Shown here: one piece after another, positions 13,956 to 26,910 of the stretch
Layout: each line of letters begins with the position of its first letter
How positions within the stretch are numbered: the first letter of the stretch is position 1
Assembly (NCBI GenBank): GCA_951406725.2
Contig: OX597826.1
Location: forward strand, 79,794,001-79,858,000
Source: Octopus vulgaris
Taxonomy: Eukaryota
Length of the DNA stretch: 64,000 nt
Reading direction: 5' to 3'
Translations under genes and position numbers: made by a program
Notes under the pieces: generated by a model
What the model was told of the DNA's origin: nothing
Seen by the model: the letters and a program-made list of their open reading frames with translations, nothing else
Databases searched by the model: none

Positions 13956-14149
13956 ATTACATATAAATATATATGCACGCACACGCACATACATATATGT
14001 ACATACAGATATACACACATACATGTGTGTGTGTGCGTGTGCAAATGTGTACGAATATGAAAGCAGTTGCTATCGTGATGCAAAGTGGACGAGTTTGCAC
14101 TGAGATACTCGTTTGTAATGGTGATGTATAAATGAAAAACAAATAATAA

Positions 14150-14222
<73 letters not shown>

Positions 14223-14560
14223 CATACATATGTATATATAAAACGAAATGGTGAAAGACGGGTGACGGGTGGGCAGTTTATTACTTTGACCATCCAGATT
14301 AAAGTGAAACTAGGAGGGTGTGGATTTAGAAGGGAGCTGCCCATTAAGTTGACATCCCTCGTGTTGTACCACTAAGAATTTGAGATGCGACCGAAACCGA
14401 ATTTATTCACATGTCCACATATAATCCGTTGCTTTACACCGAATAAACATTGAATATGGACAACACCATCAACAACAACAAAGGCACAGGGTAATCGATT
14501 ACATCTGCCCCCAGTACTCAACTGGTACTTATTTTATCGACTCCGAAAGGATGAAATAAA

Positions 14561-14635
<75 letters not shown>

Positions 14636-15545
14636 GTAATAATAATAATAGATTACATCACCTTCATCACTTTATTTGTTACAAGAAGGAGAGATAAAGA
14701 TTATAATTAGAGAGGGAGAAACCACAAAGACTGTAGCATGGGCTTTACTCAGAATGGAGGCATAAACATGAGTAGGAAAATTCTATATGAGAGTAAATTT
14801 CTAATACAGGTGTAAATCCATGCTTCTCAGGTGTGCGATATTGTTGAATATTTTTTTTTTTCGAACCAGCAATAGATTTATGTTAGAAGGATGAAAGGAA
14901 CGGTTAACCACGATGAGAATTTGAACTTAAAATGTAAAGGGACGTAACTAAATGCCGTCATCTTTCTGTCTGCCACCCAGCCAATTGTTCCAATCCACCC
15001 AGCCTTTAGAAATAATGTTGGGGGTAACGAATTCCTGCATTTACTCCCGAGATCTTTACAGTAAAAAATCATTAAAAAAATAAAAAACCTTTACACGGAA
15101 AGAAATTCCAAGAATGAAACAAGATAAATAAATACAAAATTGTTCAGGGGTTGTCGAAACCCACCAAACACAGAGTGCGCGTGCGTGCTTGTGTGTGTGT
15201 GTGTGTGCGCGCACACGGTTGTTGCGTGAGTAAATTAAAATATATAAAGTCTTAACAAGTAAACAAATTACAAAAAAATAACGTCATTCTGAGCATCATT
15301 TACATCATCATCATCTTCATCATCATTATCAACATCAACATCATCATCATCTTGTACATCAACTTTTTTTTGTGCGTGTGTGTGTATAATATCTTACCTG
15401 TAAACATATGTAAATTCACTCTTGTTACCGACCATAAGTTTTAAGCACGAGTTCCTTTAAAATTTGTTAGAATAAGAATAATAATAATTTCCTCATCTTT
15501 GTAATAATAAATTTCCGACTGTAACAGGTATATATTTTTTTAACT

Positions 15546-15583
<38 letters not shown>

Positions 15584-15616
15584 ATTATATATATATTATA
15601 TATATATATATATATG

Positions 15617-15656
<40 letters not shown>

Positions 15657-15680
15657 ATTATATATATATATATATATATG

Positions 15681-15748
<68 letters not shown>

Positions 15749-16972
15749 GTGTAGATCTCACTCCGCCTTGTATAAATTTGGTAGAATTTTTGTTTGTTTT
15801 TGTTTTTCTTGTGTTATTTTTCCCGTTGTTTCTTTTCTCCTCCGTTAATTTCTTCGGTTAAGTCGTAGTGTTTTTTTTCCTTTTACGCTTGTTGGGTCTG
15901 GTAGGGATAGTCTGTTCGTGAAGTCGGGTCTCAGGCTCAGTGCACTGTACAGCTTTTAGCGTTTTCATTGAAAGCTTCCTCTCGGCCGAATGCGACCTCT
16001 TTAACCGGTCTGCGATGCGCTGTTGTGAATATTCTTCTTGTTGCTGTTTACTGTTTTAATGTTTATTGCGCGCATTCACTGCACAACCGAGCGCAGCTCT
16101 GTGGGCCCTGGGTATGTGCAGTATTTTGCTTCAGATGGGTATTTTCTGATGTATTGACAGCCTCTACGTAATATATGTATGTGCCGTACCTACGGAGCTG
16201 TTTCCTGTGTTACAATGAAATTATCTGTGAGTAATAACAAGCGTATTATAACAGATATTCTTGTCGTAGTTGTTGTTACTCTTATTCCGTAACAGTGCAA
16301 TGGAAATGCTGGTGATGATGACCATAGCACTGTGGCTATTCAAAATAATAATAATTATTATTATCAATATTAATATTCTTAGTATTTAAATAATTAATAC
16401 CATCTCGCGCAAAGCGGGCACCTGTTGTCTTTTGTATCTATTATACATGTGTGCCTATGTGCGTGTGTGAGCATATACGTACACACGTACACACGTACAC
16501 ACGTACATACATACAGATATATGTATGTATATGTATGTATATATATGTATCTATATATATATATACACACACTTTATGTATGTGTAGATATTTTTGTATC
16601 TATGTATGTAGTATATTTTATTTTGTGTGTTTGTAATATTGCTTTTTTCTTTTTTTTTCTTTTTGTGGGTGTGATGAAGAATTGTGTTCGATTTTTAAGA
16701 AAATTAATAACAATCCTGTTTTCGCGCGCGTGTAAGTAATATATATGTGTGTGTGTGTGTGTGTTTATATATATAAATGTGTGTGTGAAAGAGAGAGAGA
16801 AAGAAAGAGAAAGAGACTGAGAGAGAGAGAGAAGAAGAGAGAGAGAGTGAGAGAGAGAGAAGATGAGGGTGTTAGCGGAGTTTTGTTTTATTCTTTCTTT
16901 CTCTCCTTCATTCCCAAGTTACTGTGTATTTATGCGTACACACACATACAAACACATACATTCATAAATGTA

Positions 16973-17096
<124 letters not shown>

Positions 17097-17097
17097 G

Positions 17098-17128
<31 letters not shown>

Positions 17129-17403
17129 TTATACACACACATACACACACACATACACCTTTCTCACAAACACTTTTTCTCGTTTTTTTTTGTTTATCTC
17201 TCTCTCTCTCACGTGCTCTTCTCCCTTTCTCTCTTTCTCTTTCTTCCTCTCTCTCTCTCTCTCTCTCTCTGACTTAGCTTATACTATAAGCACTTATAAT
17301 AGTAACGGACGTTGATGCAGTACTATATTACATTCATTATCAACATCATCATCATCATCATCACCATGCCTGTCATCATCATCGACTCTGTTATATGTGT
17401 GTA

Positions 17404-17438
<35 letters not shown>

Positions 17439-17689
17439 GTGTGCGTGTGTGTGTGTGTGTGTGTATGTGTTTATCTTTTTTTGTTTTTGTTTTACTTTAT
17501 TGCTTTATTGTTTTAGTTGTTTTGAAGGGTTTTTTTGTTTCCTTATGTTCTGAGCCTTTTTTTGTTCTTTATATTTTTTCTTTTTACTTTCCATTTTCTT
17601 TCTCATTGCTCTCCTCTCTCTCCTTTTCTCTCACTTTGTGTTTTTTTCTTTCTGTCGTTTTTCCCACCTCTCTCTTTCTCACTTCCTTT

Positions 17690-17985
17690 CTTTTTTTACA
17701 CTCTGTGTTTCTTTACTCTTTCTCCCTCTCTTCCTCTCTGGTTCACTTTCTCTTTTACTCTCTTTCTATGTTTCTTTACTCTCTCTCAATCTCTCTCTCT
17801 CTCTCTCTCTCTCTTCCTCTCTGGTTCACTTTCTCTCTTTTACTCTCTCTGTCTCTCTCTCTCTCCTCTCTTCCTCACTTCCTCTCCGGCTCACTTTCTC
17901 TTTTTTACTCTCTCTGTTTCTTTACTCTCTCCCTCTCTTCCCCTCTTCCTCTCTGGTTCACTTTCACTTCTTACTCTCTCTCTCT
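17690..17985. repeat. Pyrimidine-rich minisatellite, ~60-bp unit, about 4-5 copies
   Basis: Repeated tgtttctttactct..cttcctctctggttcactttctcttttactc. Confidence 0.75.
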
Positions 17986-18389
17986 CTCGCTCGCTCTTTC
18001 TCTCTCTTTATGTTATGACAAAAATAAAGCAGGCATTCGGTTATTTAAGCCTTCCTCGCATCGCCATATACCATTCCTTGTCAGTGAAGTTTTTTGCTCT
18101 TGCTGTCGGTGAGTGGCGATGGATGCGGCGATGATGGCGATGAGGGAAGTGGAGACAGCAATGGTGACGATGATGCCGATGGTGGCGGCGGTTGGCTTTT
18201 ACTGCTGCTGTTAGTGTCTGCATGTGTGTGAGAGAGAGAGCCGGAGTGCTGCTATGAAAGTAAAGCAGAATGGGGCGCGCGCGTGGAGGGTGCATGCGCG
18301 CGCGTGTGTGTATGTGTGTATGTGTGAAACTATGTGTGCGCATGAGAGAGTATGTTTGTGTGTGTATGCGTGTGAAATTATGTGCACGC

Positions 18390-18424
<35 letters not shown>

Positions 18425-18544
18425 TGATAGCGCTATCGATCAGTCAAATGCAGCGGGGTCTGAAATATAGGATGAATAGCTAAGACAGCTCGCTGGTTAG
18501 ACAAATTGCCAAATAGGAAGCACGATAACCAGCAAGCTAGCTAG

Positions 18545-18615
18545 GTACCTTGCTACCTTGCTACCTTGCTACATTGCTACATTGCTAGCTTGCAACCTTG
18601 CTACCGTGCTACCTA
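18545..18615. repeat. 8-bp tandem repeat (TTGCTACC)n
   Basis: accttgctaccttgctaccttgctacattgctac.. Confidence 0.85.
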
Positions 18616-18889
18616 GTTTGTTAGGTTGCTTGTTAGCTAGATGCAGAAATTGCATAGTAGATAGGTCGATAAATAGCTGGCTAGATAGTTAAAGAAATAG
18701 ATAGGCAGGCATTTATTTAGATGTATACAGATGCATAGATGTTTTGGTAAGTATTTGGGTAGATAAAGATCAATATCGATATACTGAGAAATGTAGAAAT
18801 AGATATAGGAGACAGTTTCGTAATATATGGAATGGTCTTGTGGAAAAAAACGGGGGACTATTTGAATCACAAAGATATCAGTTTATGGT

Positions 18890-19370
18890 ACTTCAGTCGG
18901 TGTTGGATGTTGCGGTTTTGTATATCGATATACGATGTTCTGCCTTGGTGGCATTAAGATTTGGAAAGGATAGAAGAACAGTGATGCAGAAACTGTATTG
19001 AGGAACAGGAAACAGTTGGTGTATGAGGGGCAGAGGCATGTGGGAGGAAGGCCGGTGCTGAGAGCAAAGCACAATTTCGTATGCAACAAAACAGATGATG
19101 CATGCTTGATGTGGATACGACTGCACCCACTTTTGTGCACTGCTGCATCGGGAACAGAGGGGAAAGTGTGTGTTATGGTGTCGGTCAAAGAACCCTGGAT
19201 ATTCTCCGATAAAATCTATGATGGTTGGTACTGCTGAACGGAGCGATACGATGAAAGTACCGAAGATATTTTGATCTCCACTTGAGGAAAGATATAGGCA
19301 ACAGATGTAACTACCGGAGGTACGAAGTTTGAAATTGGAGGTGATGGGAGTGGCAGTCAATTTCATCGAT
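18890..19370 (-). pseudogene. Highly decayed Penelope-like RT fragment
   Basis: Minus ORF contains SIYKTATSNTD (cf. PLE VYRKPTxTD) and lies next to a PLE endonuclease fragment in the same orientation. Confidence 0.4.
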
Positions 19371-19487
19371 CTCAGTGCTCAACAGGTATTTCGGTCGAAT
19401 TTGAACTCAGAACATAAAGCCGAACGAACTGCTGCATATTGTCCAAATACCTAACGATTTTCCCGGCTTACCGGTGAAAGCAGGTGT

Positions 19488-19594
<107 letters not shown>

Positions 19595-20500
19595 GAATTC
19601 ACAAACAAACAAAAGACGAAGACAGGTGGTATAGACAACAAACAGATGTGTTAGTATAACGCTTGGAAAGTGAAAAAGTATTTAACGTTTCAAGCTTAAG
19701 CTCTTCCACAGAAGGGTCAGACAGGAGAGCTAGGGAGAAGGGAAGATAAATGTGTAAGGGTGTGGGAGGGCTTAAGAAGGAGGGGTGACGATGAAGGGGG
19801 AAGGAGAAGCTGGGTAGGAGTGAAGAGAAGAGAGAAGGAGATTAGGAGTGAAGAGAAGTAGGAGTCGGAGCAAGAGAGAAGAGGGGGTGGGAGGAAGTAG
19901 GTGTGTGGGAGGAAGTGGATGTGAGGAGAAGAGAGGCGAGTGGAGAAGGTTAGATGAAAAGGGGAGGAGAGTTGAGCCCATGTGGTGCAAAGGAGCGAAG
20001 AGAGAAGATTAAATCCTATTCACGGCGCAAACGGGAGTCCTGATGGCCCCTGTGCAAGGACAATCCGAACACGGACAGGTATTGCAAAAAGTGACCGGTA
20101 GAGTGGAAATGGCGCGAGACCAGGGTATTATTGCCGAGTCGGATGTCTCGGAGGTGTTCCGCGAACCGGTCAGCCAAGCGGCGTATAGAGAAGAGCCCGA
20201 TGTATAAAGAAGAGCATAGAGAGCAAGAGATGCAGCAGATGATATTGGTAGAAGTGTAGGTGAAGGAGTCAGTGATGTGATGGGGTCGCTGATAGGTGCC
20301 GGTGAGAAGGGTGGTGTTGGAGAGGTAAGGGCAATTGCGGAAGCGTGGGAACGAGCCGGGTTGGGAGATTGGGTTAGGGAAGAAGCTGTGGACCAAGAGG
20401 CCTCGTAGGTTGTGGGCTCATTTGAAGGAGGGGAGGGATAGGTTAGAGAAGATGTGCGACTGGAGTCGCCGGAAGGCTCGGAGAATGGTGCGTTGGAGAG
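19595..20500 (-). mobile_element. Penelope-like element 3' fragment: GIY-YIG endonuclease plus hammerhead-bearing terminal repeat
   Basis: ORF 20016-20396 reads FTYTSTNIICCISCSLCSSLYIG..RRLADRFAEHLRDI..VSRHF (PLE GIY-YIG signature); terminal repeat at 19595-19740. Confidence 0.85.
19681..19715 (-). ncRNA. Minimal hammerhead-like motif (variant core CUGUGGA)
   Basis: rc: cctt CTGTGGA a GAGC ttaa GCTT GAAA CGT T aaa. Confidence 0.5.
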
Positions 20501-20562
20501 GTATATATACACACGCATATATATATATAGATGCATATATATATATAATTATATATACATAT

Positions 20563-20630
<68 letters not shown>

Positions 20631-20699
20631 GCATGTATATATATAAATATATATATATATGTATGAATATATATATATAGTCACACATATATTATTTAT

Positions 20700-20890
20700 T
20701 CTTCTATTTGTTTGTCATTTGATTGCACCCATGCTGGACCACCGCTTTTAGTCGGGCAAATCGACCCCAGGACGTATTCTTTGTAAGCCTAGTACTTATT
20801 CTATCGTTTCTATTGCCGAACCGCTAAGTTACGGGGACGTAACTACACCATCATCAGTTGTCAAGCGATGTTGTGAGGGTGGTCAAACAC
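20700..20890 (-). mobile_element. SINE family B 3' half (5' half at 21620-21785, split by a LINE insertion)
   Basis: Tail and body match 8070-8260; head half matches 8410-8575. Confidence 0.75.
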
Positions 20891-20939
20891 ACACACAACT
20901 CCCAACACACACTAATACATACAACATACATACATATAT

Positions 20940-21480
20940 ATATCAAAGGGCAATCACAAAAAAGATAGATGGCATGACAGGCCTCGACTATTGGGGTCGA
21001 CTAGAAAAGCTAAAACTCTATTCTCTCCAACGTCGTCGTGAGCGCTACATCATCTGCATGATGTGGAAAATATTCCATCAGCATTGCCCAAATGATGTTG
21101 GCATCACCTTTAAGGTACATCCAAGGCTTGGGCCCCGTGCCATCCGCCCAAAACAAAAATCGCACTCTCATCTCATAACAACAATACGGCACAATTATTT
21201 CACCTCAATTGGCCCCGCTCTCTTTAACATTACACCAAAACACATTAAAACAGAAACTGACCCTATAGGGTTCAAGAAGTCTTTGGACAGATTCCTTCAA
21301 GAAATCCCGGATAAACCCCCTACACCCGGATATGTCTCTGTAAACAATAACTCTCTACTTGAGTGGGCCATAGTGCCCAAATTCTGACTTGAAAGACTTC
21401 ACCAGGTGGTGCTATTAAGTTAGACATGGCCTGGGCCAATAATGGCCGAAACCTATCAAAGTATCAAAGTATCAAAGTAT
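20940..21480 (+). mobile_element. 5'-truncated CR1/L2-group LINE 3' end
   Basis: ORF 20974-21387 YWGRLEKLKLYSLQRRRERYIICMMWKI..FKKSLDRFLQEIPDKP; 3' stem-loop and (TATCAAAG)n tail. Confidence 0.85.
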
Positions 21481-21491
21481 ATATATGTATG

Positions 21492-21613
<122 letters not shown>

Positions 21614-21801
21614 TAGATATACGACGAGGTTCTTTCAGTTTCCTTCTACCAAATCCACTCACAGGTTATGGTCGGCTCACGGCTATAGTAGAAGACATTT
21701 GCCCAAGGTACCACGTAGTGGGACTGAACCCAGAACCATGTAGTTAGTAAGCAAGCTACTTGCCATATAGCTAATCATGCGCCTATATATACACACACAC
21801 A

Positions 21802-21833
<32 letters not shown>

Positions 21834-21909
21834 GACACACACACACACGCACACACGCACACGTACAACCACGCACAAATATATTTAAGTGCACACATTA
21901 ATGCACATG

Positions 21910-22200
21910 CAAGGTACGTGCTTTAGTGTTTATGACATTCTGCTCACGATCGCAAGGACATGAGTTCGATTCCCAGCGGCGCATTGTGTTCTAGAGTATG
22001 AGACTTTACTTCATGTTGCTTCAGTCCACTCAGCTGGCAAAAATGCGGTGTACCTGGCCATTCTGTATCTCCCAGACAACTACGGTACGTGTAGGCGAGT
22101 CTGTAGAGGGCTCAGTCACTTGCACGTTAATCTCCCGAACAGGTTGTTTCGTTGATAGGGTCAACTGAAACACACGTCGTCGTAACCGACGGAGTGCCAA
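21910..22200 (+). mobile_element. SINE family D, diverged copy
   Basis: gagttcgattccc B-box and cagtccactcagctggcaaaa match the rc of 11007-11325. Confidence 0.75.
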
Positions 22201-22204
22201 TTTC

Positions 22205-22269
<65 letters not shown>

Positions 22270-22779
22270 TGAGGTTTGTACAGGCCGTTAGTTAGCAGGG
22301 AGCATTTCCACGGGTTGTATAGATGACATAAAACCGATAATACTCCATCAACAGAGTTTATTAATCAACGTATATTATGCACTTCGTCCCATATCGAATT
22401 TGACGATATATATTACGATGACTGCAGCTACACAATTCCCTGTTAAGCAATATAGATTGCTAATTATCCAGTTATAAATTAAAGCGCATTGGGAACGGAG
22501 AAGGTAATTCCGAACTATACGATCTGCTTCCAAGCCAGTCTGTGGATGGGTTGGGTAGCTTAAAAGGTGGAACATTTATGTTCAGTTTAGTTTTTCTTTA
22601 CATACGTTTACTTGCGGGCTGCAAGTTATTGTCGCAAGGAGAAAAGTGAAGAATTAACGATATATATATATATATATATATATTTGAGTAGTTGAATGAA
22701 TTATCTTATTATGGATAATTCGGTTAACCGATACCTGGGTAGCAAATTCACGTCATTTATATATATATAATATATACGC

Positions 22780-22871
22780 ACAGGCGTGGCTGTGTGGTAA
22801 AGAGCTTACTTCTCAACCACATGGTTCCAGGTTGAGTGGATTTAGTAGATGGAAACTGAAAGAAACACGTC

Positions 22872-22922
<51 letters not shown>

Positions 22923-23120
22923 CCTGTGTTTGTCCCTCCACTGTCGCTTGACAACCGATCTTGGTGTGTTTACGACCCCGTGACTTAGAAGTTCTGCAAA
23001 AGAGACTGATAAAATAAGTAACAGGCTTTGCAAAGAATAAGTCAAGGGACCGATTTCTTCGACTAAAAAGTGGTGCTCTAGCATGGCCGCAGTCAAATGA
23101 CTGAAGCAAGTAAAAGAATA
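22780..23120 (+). mobile_element. SINE family B with internal deletion
   Basis: Head caggcgtggctgtgtggtaa and tail gcatggccgcagtcaaatgactgaa. Confidence 0.85.
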
Positions 23121-23135
23121 TATATATATATATAT

Positions 23136-23510
23136 ACTAGCAGTATCGCCCGGCGTTGCTCAGGTTTGTAAGGGAAATAACTATAAAGCATTTTTAGAGA
23201 GTTATAGCCAAAAAATAGCAAAAAAATGATGGTAAATTTTTTTTGAGAGTAAAAAAAGGTGGAGTTGCGTCCCCTAGACAGTTTGCGGTTTGTGTTTCTG
23301 ATTCTCGACCCCATGTCAAATTTATCGATTTTTTTCAGAACTGGGGGAACTTTTCAAAATTTTCGCTGCGTTAGTTTTGAATTATGACATTGGGCTATGT
23401 GTGTGTCAAGTTTCATCAGAATCGGTTGAAAGCCGTGGTCAGGGTGAGGGTACAAGCAAACAGACACACAGAAACACGCACAGACAAACTGCCGTTTATA
23501 TAGAGAGATA
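23136..23510 (+). mobile_element. Probable non-autonomous Helitron-like element
   Basis: Starts actagcagtatcgcccggcgttgctc and ends ..acagacaaactgccgtttatatagagagat. Related starts at ~24188 and ~48988. Superfamily assignment is from recalled end motifs only. Confidence 0.45.
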
Positions 23511-23514
23511 TGAA

Positions 23515-23940
23515 GAGAGAGAACAGGTATTAGATGAATGCATTTATTTCACCAGTTGACATCAATGTAACGACGATCGTTTCGCAGCTTCTATCATATA
23601 AAAACAATTTATTTTCGTGTATAATAAATAATAAACAATAATCTAACATACCTATATTAATATAGCTTATATAATACAGGTACTGTGTTGATAAATGAAA
23701 GGAATGATAATCTTTCATCTGATGAGCAAGCTTTTTTACTCGTATTAATTTATAATTTATACAACCGTATTATATAATTTATAGTATGTATACATTAACA
23801 GAAGCATCTAGAATAATTTATTATTTATCATCTGCTAAAATAAATTGTTTTTATATGATAAAAGGTGCGAAACGATTGTCGTCGTATTGATGCCAATTGG
23901 TGAAATGAATTTCTCCATCTTTTATACCTCTTCTCATTCT
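23515..23940. repeat. Imperfect fold-back element with ~150-bp arms
   Basis: atttcaccagttgacatcaat..tcgtttcgca..tatcatataaaaacaatttatttt is mirrored by aaaataaattgtttttatatgata..tgcgaaacga..attgatgccaattggtgaaat. Confidence 0.8.
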
Positions 23941-24140
23941 TTATATTTTATTCACTCCCAATAAAATAATAATTTGCTAATGAGATTTAATGACTATACA
24001 TTGCACTTCTCCATTTTGTTTTGCTTTGCTATGTGGTTTGTAGCCTGACACATTAAGGGAGCTTTCTATCAGTACCACCGGATTTGTTAAGTCCATATAT
24101 TGCCCATTAAATACACACACACACAGGTAATACTCGTATA

Positions 24141-24182
<42 letters not shown>

Positions 24183-24334
24183 GAGATAGTAGCAGAGATA
24201 CCCGGCGTTGCTCGGGATTAAAATCGCTTAGTTTGTATATAATATACTACAGTTATGTTGAAACAGGTGATATGGGAAAGTGCAGCATTGACAACAAAAC
24301 ATTTGTGGAGTAAATACATACATACATACATACA

Positions 24335-24369
<35 letters not shown>

Positions 24370-24377
24370 TTAAAAAA

Positions 24378-24449
24378 TTTTTTTTTTTTCATCTAGTTTC
24401 AGCTCACGAGCTGTGGCCATACTGGGGCACTGCCGTTAAGAGAAATCGC
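24378..24449 (-). mobile_element. LINE-type 3' tail and poly(A) attached to the tRNA-Lys copy
   Basis: rc ggcagtgccccagtatggccacagctcgtgagctgaaactagatg(A)n, nearly identical to the LINE end at 40888-40927. Confidence 0.85.
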
Positions 24450-24541
24450 CGCCCGCAGAGGGACTTGAACCCGCGACCCTCAGATTTCATCACTCGACAG
24501 TTCTTAAAGGTCTGGCACTCTACCGACTGAGCTATGCGGGC
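24450..24541 (-). tRNA. Intron-containing tRNA-Lys(TTT)-derived copy, probably a retroposed pseudogene or SINE head
   Basis: rc GCCCGCA TAGCTCAGTCGGTAGAGTG CCAGA CCTTTA [19 nt] A TCTGA GGGTC GCGGG TTCAAGT CCCTC TGCGGGC G. Perfect acceptor stem, intact A/B boxes, close to canonical tRNA-Lys-TTT. U33>C plus one mismatch each in the anticodon and T stems. Confidence 0.75.
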
Positions 24542-25131
24542 TGACATATATCTACATATTTTCTTGTATACCTAGGCGGCTAGCTAAAAGTGAGTCGAAA
24601 GTTTGTTTAAATAGGTAACAAGCGTAGATAAATTGACAGAGAAAGACAGACAGATAAGTAGATAATTTCGGAGACATATACAGAAAGTTACTTTGACTGA
24701 TTGATGAGTGATTGGGGCGGTGGATAGACTTATACTGCTGTGGCGGCCTGAATTGAAAATAAATACGAAGTCAGATGTGGGAGAAGCAAGATGAATATGG
24801 GAATCTGCTTCTGCGAAATCCTGGAATACATGTGTGAAATAGAACATTGTATTGATTGCGCTCTGCTTTAACTTCATGACCGAAACAAGATAAGAGATTT
24901 TTACCGAATATAATTGTACTCTGGAAATTGTCTGCATCGGTGCAATCCAATTCCAAAGCCAACGCTATCTGAAAAGAAAGGAAACCATTTCAAATTTTTC
25001 TGGATTATATCCAGCCACAGCAACGAAGCTATTATTCCGTGAAGTCACAAAATTCCTCCGGAACTTTACAGAACCCCAACCTTATATCTTTATGTGTAGA
25101 ATAACTACCTCACTGTGTCTTAACAAATATA

Positions 25132-25360
25132 GTATGTAGTCAACTTAATGTGACAGTCCCATGAAAAGGAAGAATGCTACTGTTATTTAGCCCTGGGAAA
25201 CATTGTTTCCTGTTGGACTTGACACATTTCCTGTGTCCTTATGTTTTCAAAGTGGAGACAGGAAATGTGTCAAGTCCAACAGGAAACGGTGTTTCCTAGG
25301 GCTAAATAACAGTAGCATTCTTCCCTTTCATGGGACTGTCACATTAAGTTGACAACATAC
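25132..25360. repeat. Near-perfect palindrome (MITE/fold-back), ~105-bp arms
   Basis: gtatgtagtcaacttaatgtgacagtcccatg..cacatttcctgtgtcc, ~15-nt spacer, ggagacaggaaatgtg..cattaagttgacaacatac; about 6 mismatches. Confidence 0.95.
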
Positions 25361-25604
25361 CGTCACTTTATCGTGCTGCTACTGAGAGATTTAGAAATGT
25401 ATTATTTCTATTTTCAAATATAGTCTCAGTTGTAGTCACAGTTATTCTATATATTTCTGAAAACCTCATGAATGCAGCTCTAAGCAAGAGTCCTCTTGAA
25501 TGTTTCATGACCTGGGTTTAGGGTTTTACAACTTAATACGTTGACAAATTGAACAAGATTTAAAAAAAAAAATAGCCAAAAAATATGAAGCATAAGTGTT
25601 CTTT

Positions 25605-25815
25605 CTGCTATAGGTACAAGGCCTGACATTTTGTGGGGAGGGGTAGGTCGATTACAACGGCCACACTTTTCAAGTGGTACTTATTTTATCGACCCTGAAA
25701 GCATGTAAGGCAAAGCTGACCTCAGTGAAATCTTTAATTCAGAGCATAAAGACGGACAAAATGCTGCTAAGCATTTAATCCGTCGTGCTGACAATTCTGC
25801 TAAGCTCGCCGTCTT
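25605..25815 (-). mobile_element. SINE family C, diverged
   Basis: ggtacttattttatcgaccctgaaagcatgtaaggcaaag..gctcgccg. Confidence 0.7.
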
Positions 25816-26369
25816 TCGAAGCACACTTATTAAAATATACACTCTGCTCCGAGATGCATTCACGTTGCATTGTGCAAAATATACATTCCCATCGGGATTC
25901 CAAATATACATTTTGTTATATATTTATTTCGCTAAGATTTTCTTGCTGACAGCTGTTCGGAATGCAGCCAGTTTTCAGAAAGCCAATTGTGTCCTAATAT
26001 AATATGCATTTTACTTCAGTTTATACGCCTTGAATTGATTGCTATTAGTCTCTTAGCTTGCGAATTGTCTGAAGCTATATATACTTCAATGCAAATATAA
26101 CATACAAGAAACAGGCTCGCGCATACACACACGCATACGTATGTATATGTATGTATTTATGTTAGCATCCATGTGTGTATATGTGTGTATATGTATGCAT
26201 TTGTAGGTATTTATGTCAGCATCAATGCGTTTCGGTGTGTGCAAGTCCACATGTAAAGATGTTAACGGGGATAATGTACTGAATGAAGTAAGCATAGAAT
26301 TCCCAATTTCCACAATATTCTCATGACGGCGGCGACGGCAGTAGTGGTGGTGGTGGCGGTGGTGGGTAC

Positions 26370-26523
26370 TGAATGGTAAGAGGTTTGCTTCCCAACCACA
26401 TCGTTCCGGTTTCAGTCCCATTGCTTGACACCTTGGGTAAGTGTCTTGCACTATAAACCAGGGCCGAACAAAAACTTATGAACGCATTTGGTAAACGGAA
26501 ACGGGGTCGTCGTAATTTTGTGG

Positions 26524-26573
<50 letters not shown>

Positions 26574-26910
26574 GTGTGTGAGTGGAAAAACGAAAGCAAG
26601 GGCACGCAACCCATTTATTGAGTTACTTGTATAGATGAAAACGATTGGACTCGAATTCTGCGCTTCGTAAAGTTTCCAAGCCCCTAACGAGATTTTTCGT
26701 AGGGCCGGCCTGATGAAAAGTCCCGTTTGTTAGTACTCTTCTACCACCACTGACAGCCGATGTTGGTTTGTTTACATCCTCCTAACTTGGTGGTTCGGCA
26801 AAAGAAACCGTAGAACAAGTACCAGTCCTGGTGTCCATTCGGTCGACTAAAACCCTTCAAGTCGGTGATCCAGCATGACCGCAGTGAAATGACTGAAAGA
26901 AATAAAATTG
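26370..26910 (+). mobile_element. SINE family B, diverged, with internal insertion
   Basis: caccttgggtaagtgtctt body and cagcatgaccgcagtgaaatgactgaaa tail. Confidence 0.7.

Noticed and set aside
17312-18134. Long hydrophobic ORFs (266 and 199 aa)
   Set aside because: Derived from CT/GT microsatellites and a minisatellite.
26705-26735. CTGATGA motif
   Set aside because: No stem II followed by GAAA, so not a hammerhead.
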